A stretch of 64,000 bases of DNA from Bugula neritina (GCA_964035545.1 OZ037766.1:14870722-14934721); one strand, 5' to 3'. Shown: positions 40,371 through 52,556, counted from the stretch's first letter. Notes: generated by a model from the letters alone, not told the origin. Made by a program: numbers and translations.

Positions 40371-43300
40371 CTACAGAATACTGTGCATGTCGACCAAGTC
40401 ACACAAGAAGTCTTTTAAATAAGATGGTGGCGCCCTGGTACGTTGGCTACGGTCCAACGGTACCGGGGAGTTTGCTGCGACTGGCGACTCTTCCACCACG
40501 GGTGGTGTCGCCAGTACGGGGGGGTCCACCAGTACGGGTGGCCCTCCCCCAGCTGCCTCTCCCTCAGTATTCTGAGGAATTTCCATCTCATCCGGAACGA
40601 TGGGCCTGTCGACCGGCTCCACAGGTGGTGGGGCCGGCTCCGACAGGTCTTCAGGTGTGTCGACCTCCTCTTCCTGGGGTGGAGGAGGCTGGGGCTGGTC
40701 GGCCGACACATCAGCCGCCCCGTCCTGGTCTGGCAGGATCTCCTCAATCTCTCTATACGCCATGGGTCGCCCCCTCATAGGAGGGCGCCTAGCTGGCTCT
40801 AAGAGAGGAGGTGCTTGACCTGCCGCCTCAGGACTTGCCCAGTGAGGTTTTAGCCGTGCCTCGTTCTGGATCGACACTTGTCCAGACCGTTCCACTTTGT
40901 ATGTATGATTTGGCATTACCTCAATTACGCAGTAGGGACCTACGAACTTCGGCTGCAACTTGGCTGCCTGTCCGCGCCTGCGGCGATGACTGGTCATCCA
41001 GACCCAGTCCCCCACCTTGTATAAAGGTGGGTCGTCAGAGTCACCACTCCTGACCTGCCACTGCTGCTCACGTAGCACCTCGTGAGCCGTCCCCATGCGT
41101 TTGACGAGCTTGTCCACGTAGTCGTGGACATTGCTCTCGGGAGTCGGAACATGATAGGTTACATGCTCAGGAACCCTTGTTTCTCTCCCCAGCATGAGAA
41201 AATTAGGGGTCTCCAGTGTACTGGAGTGAGGGGTACTACGGTACGCTCGCATGATCTGCGGCAACACCAAGTCCCACTCTTCCTGGCTCCTACCGATAAG
41301 CAGGCTTCTCAGAGAGTCCCCTAGCATTCGGTTGTTCCGCTCCACGACCCCGTTCCCTTGCGGGTGATACGGGGTCGTCCGACTCTGGTTTACCTCCCAC
41401 ACTCTACAGAGATCGCTCATAAGTTGCGACTGAAACTGGGCGCCCTGGTCAGAGTGTATCTGCTCCGGCAAGCCGAAATAGCAGAACACCTGTTGATCCA
41501 GAGCTCTGGCCACCGAGGGGGCCGACGCATCTGGAATAGCCAGTGCATCAGCCCACCGCGTGAAATGGTCAGTTAATACCAGTATCCAGTTATTACCTCT
41601 CGCTGTAGTGGGCATGGGGCCTACCAGATCGACAGCAACCACCTGCCACGGACGACCGGCATGGAGGCGACGCCTCCCTGCGGTCTCAGTGGGGCGGCCA
41701 TGCTTGCTAGCTTGGTACACCTCGCACTTCCGCACCCGGAGTCGGACATCCCGGGTCATACCGGGCCAAAACCACTGGAGTTGAAGACACCTGATCACCC
41801 GGCTAGCTCCTGCGTGAGCTTGCTTATGGGTGTCCCAGATCAACTCCCGCCTCAGAGCTGACGGGCAGACTACCCTCTCTCGTTCACTGCGATTGGTGCC
41901 GACTGCCAACGTGATCGTTAGCAGCCCATCGCTGTTGAACCTTAGGGAGTCCCAGCGGTCACAGAAGTACTTAAACTCAGTACTCTTCACTCGCTGTTCG
42001 GCCTCACTCGGCCGCCGTCCCTCCTTCTTGGCCCGGACTAGGTCAGCTACCACCCCTGGTAGCGTGGACTGGAGCCGACATAGCTCCCTGACGTTCCGAA
42101 GCAACGTAGGGTTTGCGTGAAGGTTGTTAACAGCTTTGTTGGGCGATTCGGACAGGAGTTGCCCTTCTTCCCAGCTGTACACACCCGCTTTCCCCAACTG
42201 CGCTTCGACGTCCGAGCGAGGGGGTCCACCGTCCCTGCGCTCAATATTCTGGCATTGCTTACACCCATCTGCCTGGCGGCGGCTGAGTCCATCTGCATTA
42301 CCGTGTTTCTTACCAGGTCGATGCTCGATCCGATAAGAAAACTCTGCCAGGATCTCCAGCCAGCGCGCCACTTGGCTTGATGGTTCTGCCCGTCGACACA
42401 GCCATATCAGGGACGCATGATCCGTCCGAAGCCGGAATGTGCGCCCATATAGATATGGTCTAAAGTGTTTGACCGCCTTGACTACTGCCAAGAGTTCCCT
42501 CCTGGTTGTACAGTAGTTCTTCTCAGGCGCCGACAGGGCCTTGCTATAGTAAGCCACCACCACCTCGCGACCATCTTGGACCTGCGATAGCACAGCCCCC
42601 ACATTATGGTTACTGGCATCAGTATCCAAAATGTACTCCTTCGCAGGGTCAGGATACGCCAAGATGGGTGCTTCCACCAGGCGATCCTTCAGGTGGTCAA
42701 ATGCCTTCTGCTCAGCCTGCGTCCACTGCCATCGCACCCCCTTCGCGGTCAGCCGATTTAACGGCTGTGCAATTCCGGCGAAGTCTGGTATGTACTGACG
42801 ATAGTACCCTACCAGCCCCAGGAATGCCCGCAATTCAGAGAGGTCGACAGGAACGGCCCAGTCCCTCACGGCCCGTACCTTCTCGGGGTCGGTAGCGACC
42901 CCGTCTCGACCAACTACATGGCCATGGTACTTGACCTCGCGTTGCAGTAATGCACACTTCGAGGGTTTTAGCTTCAGGCTAGCAGCTCGGAGTCTGTCGA
43001 ACACCTCCCTGAGTCGACTGACATGGGTGTCGAAGTCGGGGGAGATGACGATGACACCATCGAGATAAATGAGCAAGGTCTTCCAGTGCAGTCCACTCAG
43101 GACCTGCTCCATGAGTCGCTGGAAGGTGGCTGGTGCGGACGTAAGTCCGAATGGCAACACCTTCCATTTCCAGAGCCCATCCCGCGTTATAAACGCGGCC
43201 TTGTCCTGTGCTTCAGGACTCAGGGGCACCTGCCAATACCCGCTTAGCAAGTCCAACGTGCTGAAGAACTTGCTACCAGCTAAGGCATCGAGCGACTCAT

Positions 43301-44852
43301 CGATCCTCGGGAGAGGGTAAGCGTCCTGGATGGTCACGCTGTTCAGCCTGCGATAGTCAACGCAAAACCTTCAGCTACCATCCTTTTTCCGAACCAAGAC
43401 GACTGGAGAACTCCAGGCCCCATGGCCTGGCTCAATCAGGTCCCGGTTCAGAAGGTCTTGCACCTGACGGCTCACTTCTCTCTCCTTCTCAGGACCTAAC
43501 CGGCGGGTCGGCTGCCGAATTGGCGCCGTCCCCGCCGCCAGGGGTATCTCATGACAGACAGTCTTAGTCAGACCCATGTCATGGTCGCCGCAACTAAACA
43601 CGTCCTTGTACTCAGAGAGTAGCCGCGCCATCACCAGGCGTTCTCGCTTGCTCTCACAGCCATCACAGGCATCCTCGTACAACTCTGCTACGTGTTCAGG
43701 CACCGGCCCCCTGCCGTCTCTAGTGGGTACTTCCCGGGCGTCGTCCGCTGTTTCCAGCGCGGGCCCTACATCCTCCGCTTGCACGGAGTGGAACTTCCCT
43801 ACTAGAGACCCAGCCGGTAATTCTACCGGCTCCGTGAAAGGGTTTACGCACTGGACCAGGAACTCCCCCCGCTCATCCAGTCTATTCAGACTGTTAGCGA
43901 GCTGGACGCCCCCCAGTGCACCTTCCACCACTCCGAGTTCGGAGATTTCCCTACAGTTCACTCTGCAGCGAACTGTAGCCCGGGAGCGCCCAGGTACAGT
44001 ACAGCGCTGTACCACCTGCACTCCCCCCACCAAGGGTCGGCCAAATCGGTCGACACAGGCTAGCTCACGCCCCGCCATCACTACTGCCGACTTGCTAAAG
44101 TCTATGTAGCACCTGTGTCGTTTCAGAAATGGCATGCCCAAGATGGCATCCTCCTTGAGTTGACTGACGATGAAGGTCTCACTGATCATTTGATCACGGA
44201 CTCTACCAGTCAACTGGATTACCCCATAGAAAGGAATACACGACCCGTCCGCCAACGTGCCGTGTTCCCCCTCATATGGTTCAAGGCTAGCCCTGTCCTT
44301 GGCACTGAGAGTGTCGAAGAGACGTCGACTCAGTAGATTTTTGGTACACCCAGTATCCAACAGGAATGTGGCAGCTTTACCAGCGATTTTGCCGGGGAGG
44401 AAATAGCTGCTTCCATATGGCTGGGCGCTCACTGAGCGGTTTGTCTCTTGAGGCGACACCTCATGTGCATGGAATTGGGGATGCACCTGTGCTTTTCGGT
44501 TGCGAGGGGGTCGTCGACGATGCATGGGCGGGCAGGGTACGTCTCGGTCTCGCTCACGCACGGGCGGCCGAGTGAATTCTCGGACTGATGCTCGTGTGGG
44601 CAACCGAGGAAAATCCCTGTTGTGCTCCCATTCGTCGTTCACTCCCTCATCAAGCAAACCTTCAAAGCGGTTTTTGAGTGCCCAAGCCGGAGGTATTGGT
44701 GGGCCTTGCGGCCGACTCACTCTCCTTGGGGCTTGCCACTCTGGCGAAGGCGGCCTCCTCACCCGGTGGGGTGGGGGCCGTAGCCTTTGCCTTGGGGGGT
44801 TAGACTGGGGCCCACGGTAGGCGGAAGTTACCGTGGGCCGTCGCTGTTTAAC
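40371..44852 (-). pseudogene. pol: pol polyprotein (protease, RT, RNase H, integrase), inactivated
   Basis: Protease LLDTG; RT (SPVVLVRKKDGS*RFCVDYR, PFGLTSAPATFQR); RNase H (LDTDAS, ELLAVV, TDH); integrase (H..H..C, VDLVGP, SDQG, GVVER) and GPY motif. In-frame TGA at 43373-43371 (Trp position) splits it into the 501-aa and 988-aa ORFs. YLDD reads YLDG (43067-43056). The integrase CxxC reads CEVY (41717-41715). Confidence 0.93.
44809..44852 (-). promoter_or_regulatory. Programmed -1 ribosomal frameshift signal (gag-pol)
   Basis: G TTA AAC (44852-44846) in the gag frame, 6-nt spacer, then perfect 11-bp stem GGCCCACGGTA / TACCGTGGGCC with a 9-nt loop. pol is in the -1 frame relative to gag. 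Confidence 0.8.
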
Positions 44853-45697
44853 CGTCTCCCACTGCCGCGGGGGCAACTTCGTAGGAAGTGCCCACCACTA
44901 CCACAGCCCCAGCATACGGGGCCGCGCCTGTCGTCGACAGCTACCGACGACCTCTTGGGTCTCTCGGCTGTCGCTTGCTGGCGCAGTTGCCTGATCTCGG
45001 CTAGCAGTTCTCGAATCAAGCTCGTGGTTAAGCTAGATTCGTCTGCTGCTGCCGCTGCGACCTGTACAGCTGTCTTCGTTGGCGGCGTCGACACGTCGTC
45101 TGCCCCGACTTGCTGCACTGTCGCACCAGGTCGACTTGCACTGTCGGCTTGGAAATAGGCATTCCCAAGCCTTAGAGCTCTCTCCATAGTCTCAACTTCG
45201 GCTACCAGCAGATGCTGTTTCAGACCGAGGTTGTTAATAGACTGGAGGAATGCATCCAGTGCTAGGCTCTGTCGACTGTCGGCAGGCAAGTCGCTGTAAG
45301 CAACCTGTGCCAGTTGTTCGACTGCGGTAGCGTGCTCTCGCAGATTGGTCTTAGGATTTCTCCTAAGACTCTGCAGTTGCACGCGAGCATCTCGAGCGGT
45401 TAATCCAAACCTAGCTCGTAGTGCTTCAAATATGTCACCGACATTCTGGCTTATCCCATAGGGTTTAGCCGGCCCTGTCAGACACAACCGCAGCTGGATC
45501 AGAGTAACCCTGTTCGGCCATCCGCAGATGTCCGCCACATCACTGAACTCAGTGATGAATTGCTCCACATCTTCTTCCCCTGAGAAGATGGGAGCCCGCA
45601 AGTGGTACCTGTCCATAGGCAGCGCTGGGCCGCCTATGTGATCCTCCTCTATTGCTGCTGGCTCCTGTCGGGGCGCGTCGACAACTTCGTCGGCCAT
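44828..45697 (-). CDS. gag: Gag protein with CCHC zinc knuckle (289 aa)
   Basis: APIFSGEEDVEQFITEF capsid-like start; CWGCGSGGHFLRSC knuckle; first ORF after the PBS. Confidence 0.92.
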   Translation of the reverse strand: MADEVVDAPRQEPAAIEEDHIGGPALPMDRYHLRAPIFSGEEDVEQFITEFSDVADICGWPNRVTLIQLRLCLTGPAKPYGISQNVGDIFEALRARFGLTARDARVQLQSLRRNPKTNLREHATAVEQLAQVAYSDLPADSRQSLALDAFLQSINNLGLKQHLLVAEVETMERALRLGNAYFQADSASRPGATVQQVGADDVSTPPTKTAVQVAAAAADESSLTTSLIRELLAEIRQLRQQATAERPKRSSVAVDDRRGPVCWGCGSGGHFLRSCPRGSGRRLNSDGPR

Positions 45698-45732
45698 TTT
45701 ACTCCCTGGCTAGGGGCATTTGTACTAAGTGG

Positions 45733-45751
45733 AATCCCACCGCTGCCACCA
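45733..45751 (-). other. Primer-binding site complementary to the tRNA-Leu 3' end
   Basis: TGGTGGCAGCGGTGGGATT one nt downstream of the 5' LTR, complementary to ...AATCCCACCGCTGCCA-CCA of eukaryotic tRNA-Leu. Confidence 0.88.
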
Positions 45752-45752
45752 G

Positions 45753-46025
45753 TGTAGTGAATTTTGCCAGTTCACTATTATTATTATGTGGGTTAACTTA
45801 GACAAAGCCACTGCACAAGGTTGTTTACGAGAAGATACACTTTATTATTTAATAATAGCTCCACCTGCTATCAATTAGAGTGACTGTCTTGATTGGTGGT
45901 CACTAATGGTGCCACTACTGTCCATGGTTACATCCCGACAGTGTCGAACTCGCAAGATAACAAACAATATAGAGAGTAACCTTTTCGCTTAATATAACAA
46001 AATTGCATTACTAAAATCCATCACA
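45753..46025 (-). repeat. 5' LTR (273 bp, internally deleted)
   Basis: Matches the 3' LTR except three substitutions and a 142-bp segment replaced by 4 nt. Confidence 0.96.
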
Positions 46026-46452
46026 CGAGTCAAAATTGAGTTTCAACAGCTTCTTGTGCCGAGAAAAAAATTAAGCACTCCACCTGCATAAAAGTGTAAT
46101 ATTTCATGTCAATAATCATCTAGTGCAAATGGCCTCTGTAAACTTTACATATTAAAAGAACTATAAAACTGGGGTTTCACAACTCTATAGCCAGAAGGTT
46201 CAATAGTCATCGAAGTAAAAGAATTATGACTAATATCTTAATTATTGCATGATTTTTGCTTTTGATTAAATAAGCAGATACATATATTATATCCATAAAG
46301 AAACTTTGCTTTAATAAAGAAATGGTTATATACTTTTTATATTCATTTTTATAAATTTTGAAAAGTAATTGCAAAATGTTTAAAAAAATAGCGTCGATGA
46401 AATGTTTAATTTTAGAAACACTATATATAGCAACAAGCAATAAAACACAACA

Positions 46453-48201
46453 TTATCGTAACATGCCTCTTTTCAGCATGAAACTTTGGTACTCGTTCAA
46501 GCGTTTCACAAACCAATGCACTGGCATTGTCATATCTATACAAGTTTGATTTTTAAGACCTTTTTCACTGAGCACATATCCATACACAAAGTTGCCATTC
46601 TCTTTCAAACTGCCATCTTTCCCAGACTCATTAGGCATTGTGCTTTTTATACAAAACTCCATCCATCTTTGCTTAACAGCCTGAAAACTAGTCTTTTCTT
46701 TAGTAAAATATGTTCTATTTGCTTCTATGGTTGCCTCTAATTTGCTTTTAAAATGGTAATATAACTTTGCATCAGCTAATGACTTTTCATAAAGGAAAGC
46801 TTTACTTTCTTCATCATCAGGCATATCTACACCTTCCATAGCTATTTCGTCATACGAACCATTGGTAATTTTTCTGAAGTTGATAGCAAATGAGAGAATG
46901 TCATCATTACTCCAGCCCAGCATGTCTCTCAGTATGATCAGAGACTCATCAAAGTATTCTACTACCATCACCAGATGAAACCTTTTGTCCAACATTTCTA
47001 TATATTCATCAATAGCTTCTTGAGATGTAGAATGTTTATTTACAGGAAATCCCAAGTCAAACATCATTGGATTGTATGCAGTAACATTACATATAACTGT
47101 CTGATGTGGGAAACCAATAATAATCTCTTTCAGTGTTTTCTTAGAACAGCCTTTCCAGTTTTGATAGATATAGAAAGACCGCATCATTGAAAATGGTTCT
47201 CTGACAATAGTTAAATAGAATGCATCTTTCTTCATTACTTTTCCAATCTTTTCTGAGAATACTGAGTGAAAACACAATATATCAGCTTTTCCCGATTTTA
47301 TTGGTCGCATGTGCTTGCTGGGATCAAATGGGTGTGGCCAGCCGGCCAAATTGGATAAATATTTTGGTAGCACAAAAGTAAGGTTATTTCTTATCCCGTA
47401 TCTCATAAGAATATTTTGTACAGTGGAACTGGCACATTTATGTGTTTTTATGAATGCTATGTGCTTTAATGGAGTCTTTCTTCTTGCAAGTTTATAATAT
47501 GGTGTGATGAGCCTGTTTCCTTGAAGATAAAGATTTGAAAATACAAGAGGAGTTTTGTCATTTTCTTTAGTGTCTTCTTTCCATTTGCTGACAGATTTAA
47601 TTTCTAAGTTAGACTGCTTACCATCATGTGGAGGATATTTATATTTGTTGTCAATAATTATACCTAAAATAGACATTACCAGTATTATGCATATTTTAAA
47701 AAATTACAAGATCATCACACTAACTATAGCAAACTAATGTAATATTACTTTGGTAGAAAGTTTACTAGAAACATATTTATTTCAAAATGACGCTTATAAA
47801 ACATTAATAAGATATTAAAACTAGTATTTTTTCATCTGAACAATAAATGTTTAAATCTATTTTGAACTGATTTGAACATTATGTTTCTAATGAACTTTTC
47901 ATCGTCATTCATCAAACAATTTGCTCAAAGATATATTTTCAAAATACTTCATAAATCACAATAAAAGGATTATAACTCCTATAAATTGTATTTGAAGACT
48001 TGCAGATTGGATAACAAGCAGAAACCACTAATTCTCCATGCAACTCGTTGGAATAACAAACTTACCTACTTTCCCTTTAGTTTCATACCCGTTAATAGTA
48101 CTATTCATATAATATAACATAAAAATCAGAGCAGCTGCTGTTGTTAACAAAATGGCTGCTCGTTTCTTTAGATTACCAAACCAGGCTAGATAAAATGGCA
48201 T
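46453..48201 (-). CDS. Galactose-3-O-sulfotransferase-like Golgi type II membrane protein, copy 1 (448 aa)
   Basis: Exons 48201-48066 (MPFYLAW...TM) and 47663-46453, phase 1. 5'-PSB motif FIKTHKCASSTVQNIL, 3'-PB motif TIVREP, plus NPMMFDLG and FHLVMVVEYFDESLI typical of the Gal3ST family. Confidence 0.92.
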
Positions 48202-49180
48202 AGTAGATACATGGACCTTTATTAGTTACTAAACTGATGCACCGAACATCACGCTGTAGGTAGAATGAAACATAAAATGCTTAATCAATAAAGAATGCAG
48301 ACTAAAAAATCGAAGCTATTAGAAGTTGAACAATAGCTATTGAAAGTGTAACAGAGAGTGCTTAGCAGCTGCTAAAATATTGGTCTTCGATTAGCTACAT
48401 TTTGAACATCTTGACATTTTGAGTGGCCAATTTTGTCTAAAAAGTACATTTGAAGTCTTATAATATAGTTTATAGACCTATATTGATAGTGTAAGTATAA
48501 TAATAAATTTATGTAGTATTGTGTTTGATAAAACTTAACTGGCATTAAGAAATTATTTTATTTAAACTGAGTTTATATAGCAAAATATTATAGTCATTTC
48601 CTACAAAATACACTTCTGTGACAGTTTGAAGTTGTTTATATTAAAATTTAGCATTGGAATCCAAATAAAAAGATAAACCATGTCATTCCTTTTATTTGTG
48701 AGGCAATATTTTATCGTCTTGTATTGTTTCTGTGAGCCCAATTTTTTTTGCAAATCGTTGAAAATCACACACAACAATATTGCATTGTAAATTGTAATAT
48801 AACATTATAGCACATTAATTATGTTATATCGTAGTTTTGAATTTGCTAGTGATCGATTGTCCCCCTTGCTATACAGGGGGAGCATGACTATAATTTAAAG
48901 AAGCTTAGTTCTAGTATACAAAGTGCAGTGTAGGTGTGGCCTGTATGATAATAAGTATGTGTGGAATAGATTAAGCCTGTGTGCATACAGAGAGAAAATG
49001 GTGCGCTTGGGGACAATAGAATAGCGTGCTGTATATATAGGGAGAAGCATTGTAAACAAATGGATAAATTAAGAATGTGTTAGGGTGTGCTCAGCCCAGG
49101 ATCCTAGACCCTAACCCCACCCTGTTGATGATGATGAAGATGGTAGTGATGCTGTGCTTCTGGTATCACCAGAGTGATAT

Positions 49181-49825
49181 TGTAATGGATTTCAGATTAT
49201 GTTATTATCGAAAGGATAACTCTATGTGGCTTACTCTCTATACGCTTGGCATAATGGCTATAAGTACTGGAGATCAATTATCATAATAGCTGACAATTGG
49301 AATGCGTACAATCTGCTGGACAATTATTGCTAGCTACTAATGCACACAGTTAAACAAGGCAAGACTAGTTAAATGGAATCAACAACTGTAGGAGGCGTAG
49401 ATGGTTTGCACTGGCAGTTAGCTGCTTAGTAGCAGATGCTAGTGTTATGCTTATGGGATGGAGTTAATTAGTAGCGACAGAGACGACTCGGCGTAGACGG
49501 TTACCCGACAATATCTGACAGTCGACAGTGGCACCACTAACGCTAGCCAATCAGGACAGTCACACTAATTGATAGCAGGTGGAGCTAGCTACTCGTAGTT
49601 GCAGTGCGCTGAGTAGCTAGCCGGCAGAGCAGCTTGGGACTTCATTTAGAGTAGTTGTGTGTTAAAGCTCAGTAATTATGTAACAGTTTCTATTCATGCT
49701 AGCAGTAAATAACCTCTTGTATTTGTGTAACTAATAAAGTGTATCTTATCGTAAACAACCTTGTGCAGTGGCTTTGTCTAAGTTAACCCACACATAATAA
49801 TAGTGAACTGGAAAAATTCACTACA
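49181..49825 (+). mobile_element. Solo LTR (645 bp) related to the 38-46 kb Gypsy element
   Basis: TGTAATGG...CACTACA flanked by TSD ATAT (49177-49180, 49826-49829). The 3' ~290 bp nearly match the reverse complement of the element's LTR. The empty site GAGTG-ATAT-ACATAATT is visible in the paralogous spacer near 53020. Confidence 0.93.
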
Positions 49826-49870
49826 ATATACATAATTATGCTCTTTAACCTTTTGTGGCCACTTGACTAA

Positions 49871-50559
49871 CACGGGCTTTCCATGTACCGATCTCAGATC
49901 GATCTAGCTGAGATCGATCTGAGAAATGTGCTCAAATCGATCGTTTTTCCATGAGAGTGTCAGATCGATCTCGCGAAGTTGCCTCCTCTTAAGTGAAGGA
50001 TACTTAAAAAGTATAATTTGTTCACCTATTTGAGTGATTAAAGCTACTACTGTTGAAAACCAGATGATTGTAGTCTAAAATTTTATCCCAGCTATAAACT
50101 ATACGCAGCAAAGCTTTCAGTGTATGATAATTTGGCCAATTGAAGATAATTAATTTTAATTTTTTAGCTTGACAGCTTATATAAAATTAATGGCTGTCTT
50201 GCAGATAATTAATAAACTTACAGGACTGTTAGGCTTAAAATTACAAAGAAAATAGCTAATGAAACTAAGTTTTAATAGTCATTTAAATTCAATTTAAATT
50301 CTCCCATTTTTTTACCTTCTACTGCATATAATTGAGTTTTCTTAATCATTGCACTGAAAGTCAAAGTTTTGGCATCTGAAAAGGTGGCTATCGTAATTAT
50401 TTAATACTTTGCTTAGTAATTATCAATAAGTTATGATTTTTATTAGCAGACAACATTGTAGCGCGCAGTCTTTTTCTACTTTTCAGATCGATCTTTGGCG
50501 TCTTTCCATGGATCGATCTCGCTGAGATCGATCTGAGATCGGTACATGGAAAGCCGGTG
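49871..50559. mobile_element. Non-autonomous TIR DNA transposon (MITE), CAC-ended, 3-bp TSD
   Basis: About 35-bp TIRs CACGGGCTTTCCATGTACCGATCTCAGATCGATCT / AGATCGATCTGAGATCGGTACATGGAAAGCCGGTG; TSD TAA; repeated subterminal AGATCGATCT; absent from the paralogous spacer near 53060. Superfamily (CMC/CACTA or PIF-Harbinger) unresolved. Confidence 0.88.
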
Positions 50560-50773
50560 TAAACTAATGGACTAATTAATGAACTAATTAATGAACTAAT
50601 TAAATAAATAAACATTATATTATATCCATAAAGCAATTACATTTCAATATACAAAAGAAATATATGAAGTACATGTATATAAGTTACGAGCAAGTGTTTA
50701 ATAAAAATAACTTCAATAAAGTATATTTTTAAAAACACAATGTAGCAACAGACAATAAAAGACGACGACATTA

Positions 50774-52556
50774 TCATAGCATGCCTTTTTGCAGCCCAAA
50801 ACTCTGGTACTTGTTTACGCGTTGCACAAACCAAGGCTCTGGTGTTGCCAGATCTATGCAAGTCTGATTTTTAAGACCTTTTTTACTGAGTTCATATCCA
50901 AATACAAAGTTGCCAAACCCTTTAAATCTCCTATCTCTCACATACTCATTAGGCGTTGTGCTTTTTATACAAAATTCCATCCATCTTTGCTTAACAGCCT
51001 GAAAATCTGACTTTTCTCTAATGAAATATGTTTTATTTGCCTCTATGGTTGCTTCCAGTTTGCGTTTAAAATGGTAATATAACCTTGCATCTGCAATTGA
51101 CTTTTTATAAAGGAAAGTTTTACTTTCTTCATAATCAGACATATCTACACCCTTCATAGCTACTTCTTCAAATGAACCATTGGTAATTTTTCTGAAGTTA
51201 ACAGCAAATGAGAGAATGTCATCATTACTCCAGCCTAGCATGTCTCTCAGTATGATCAGAGACTCATCAAAGTATTCTACTATCATCACCAGATGAAACC
51301 TTCTGTCCAACATTTCTATATACTCATCAATAGCTTTTAAAGATGTCGAATGCTTTTTTATAGGAAATCCCAAGTCAAACATCATTGGATTGTATGCATT
51401 AACATTACATATGACTGTCTGGTGTGGAAAACCAGCAATAATTTCTTTCAATGTCTTCCTATAACAGCGGTTCCAGTTTTCATAACTATAAAAAGACCGC
51501 ATCATTGAAAGTGGTTCTCTGACAATAGTTAAATAGAATGTATCTTTTTTCATTACTTTTGCAATCTTTTCTGAGAAGACTGAGTGAAAACACAGTATAT
51601 CAGCTTTTTCTTCTTTGATTGGTCGCATGTGCTTGCTGGGGTCAAAAGGATGTGGCCAGCCGGCCATATTATATGTATCTTTTGGTAGCACAAAAGTAAG
51701 GTTATTTCTTATCCCGTATCTCATTAGAATGTTCTGTATGGTGGAACTGGCACATTTGTGTGTTTTTATAAATGCTACGTGTTTTAATGGAGTTTTTCTT
51801 CTCGTGAAATTATAATATGGTGCGACAGGTATGTTTCTCTGAAGAGGAAGTTTGAAAATTACAGCAGAAGCTGTATCATTTTTTTTAGTTTCTTCATTCC
51901 ATTTGCCACCAGATTTGATTTCTAAGTTAGACTGCATACCACCATGTAGAAGATAGTTTACTTTGCAGTCAATAATTATACCTAAAATGTTTACAGCCTG
52001 ACATGATTATCACATTCTATAACAAATTTATGTAATTTTATGTTGTTTAAAAGTTTACTAGACAAATACTTATTTTGAAATTATGATTATAAAAAGTTGA
52101 CAGGATGTTAAAACTTGCATTTCACACTTTAAATCATAATTTATTCTTCCTATTACGTAAATATTATGGAGTGTTTAACAACTTTAACCACCATTGGATA
52201 TTTGAATCTATTTAAAACCAAAATTGAACACTATGCTTCTAATAAACCTTTTTTATCATTCATCAAACAATTTGCTCGAAGTAATACTTTAAAAACCCTT
52301 AATAAATCATAATAAAAATGATTATAATAACCCCTAGATTTAGTTGAAAACTTGGTGATTTAATAACAAACACAAACTATCGATTCTCCATTCAACTTGT
52401 TTAGATGACAAACTTACCTTTTTCTCCTTCAGTTCTGTTGCTATAAACAGCATTTTTTATATAATATAGCATAAAAATCAGAGCAGCCATTGTTATTAAA
52501 TAGTAAATGGCTGTTATTTTCCATAGCTTGCTTAACCAGGCTACATGAAATGGCAT
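50774..52556 (-). CDS. Galactose-3-O-sulfotransferase-like protein, copy 2 (448 aa)
   Basis: Exons 52556-52418 and 51981-50774, phase 1; same motifs as copy 1. Confidence 0.92.

Larger units (their letters stand above)
38285..46025 (-). mobile_element. Full-length Gypsy/Ty3 (Metaviridae) LTR retrotransposon, defective, with an accessory third gene
   Basis: TG...CA LTRs at 45753-46025 and 38285-38695; 4-bp TSD CGAG at 38281-38284 and 46026-46029; PBS and PPT present; gag then PR-RT-RH-IN order. Confidence 0.97.

Noticed and set aside
43371-43373. In-frame TGA in pol as programmed readthrough or selenocysteine
   Set aside because: It falls at a Trp position of the DGSWRFCVDYR motif (TGG to TGA) and coincides with other inactivating changes, so a nonsense mutation is the simpler explanation.
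39433-45158. Many antisense and alternative-frame ORFs within the retrotransposon
   Set aside because: Expected shadows of GC-rich coding sequence; no motifs or independent signals.
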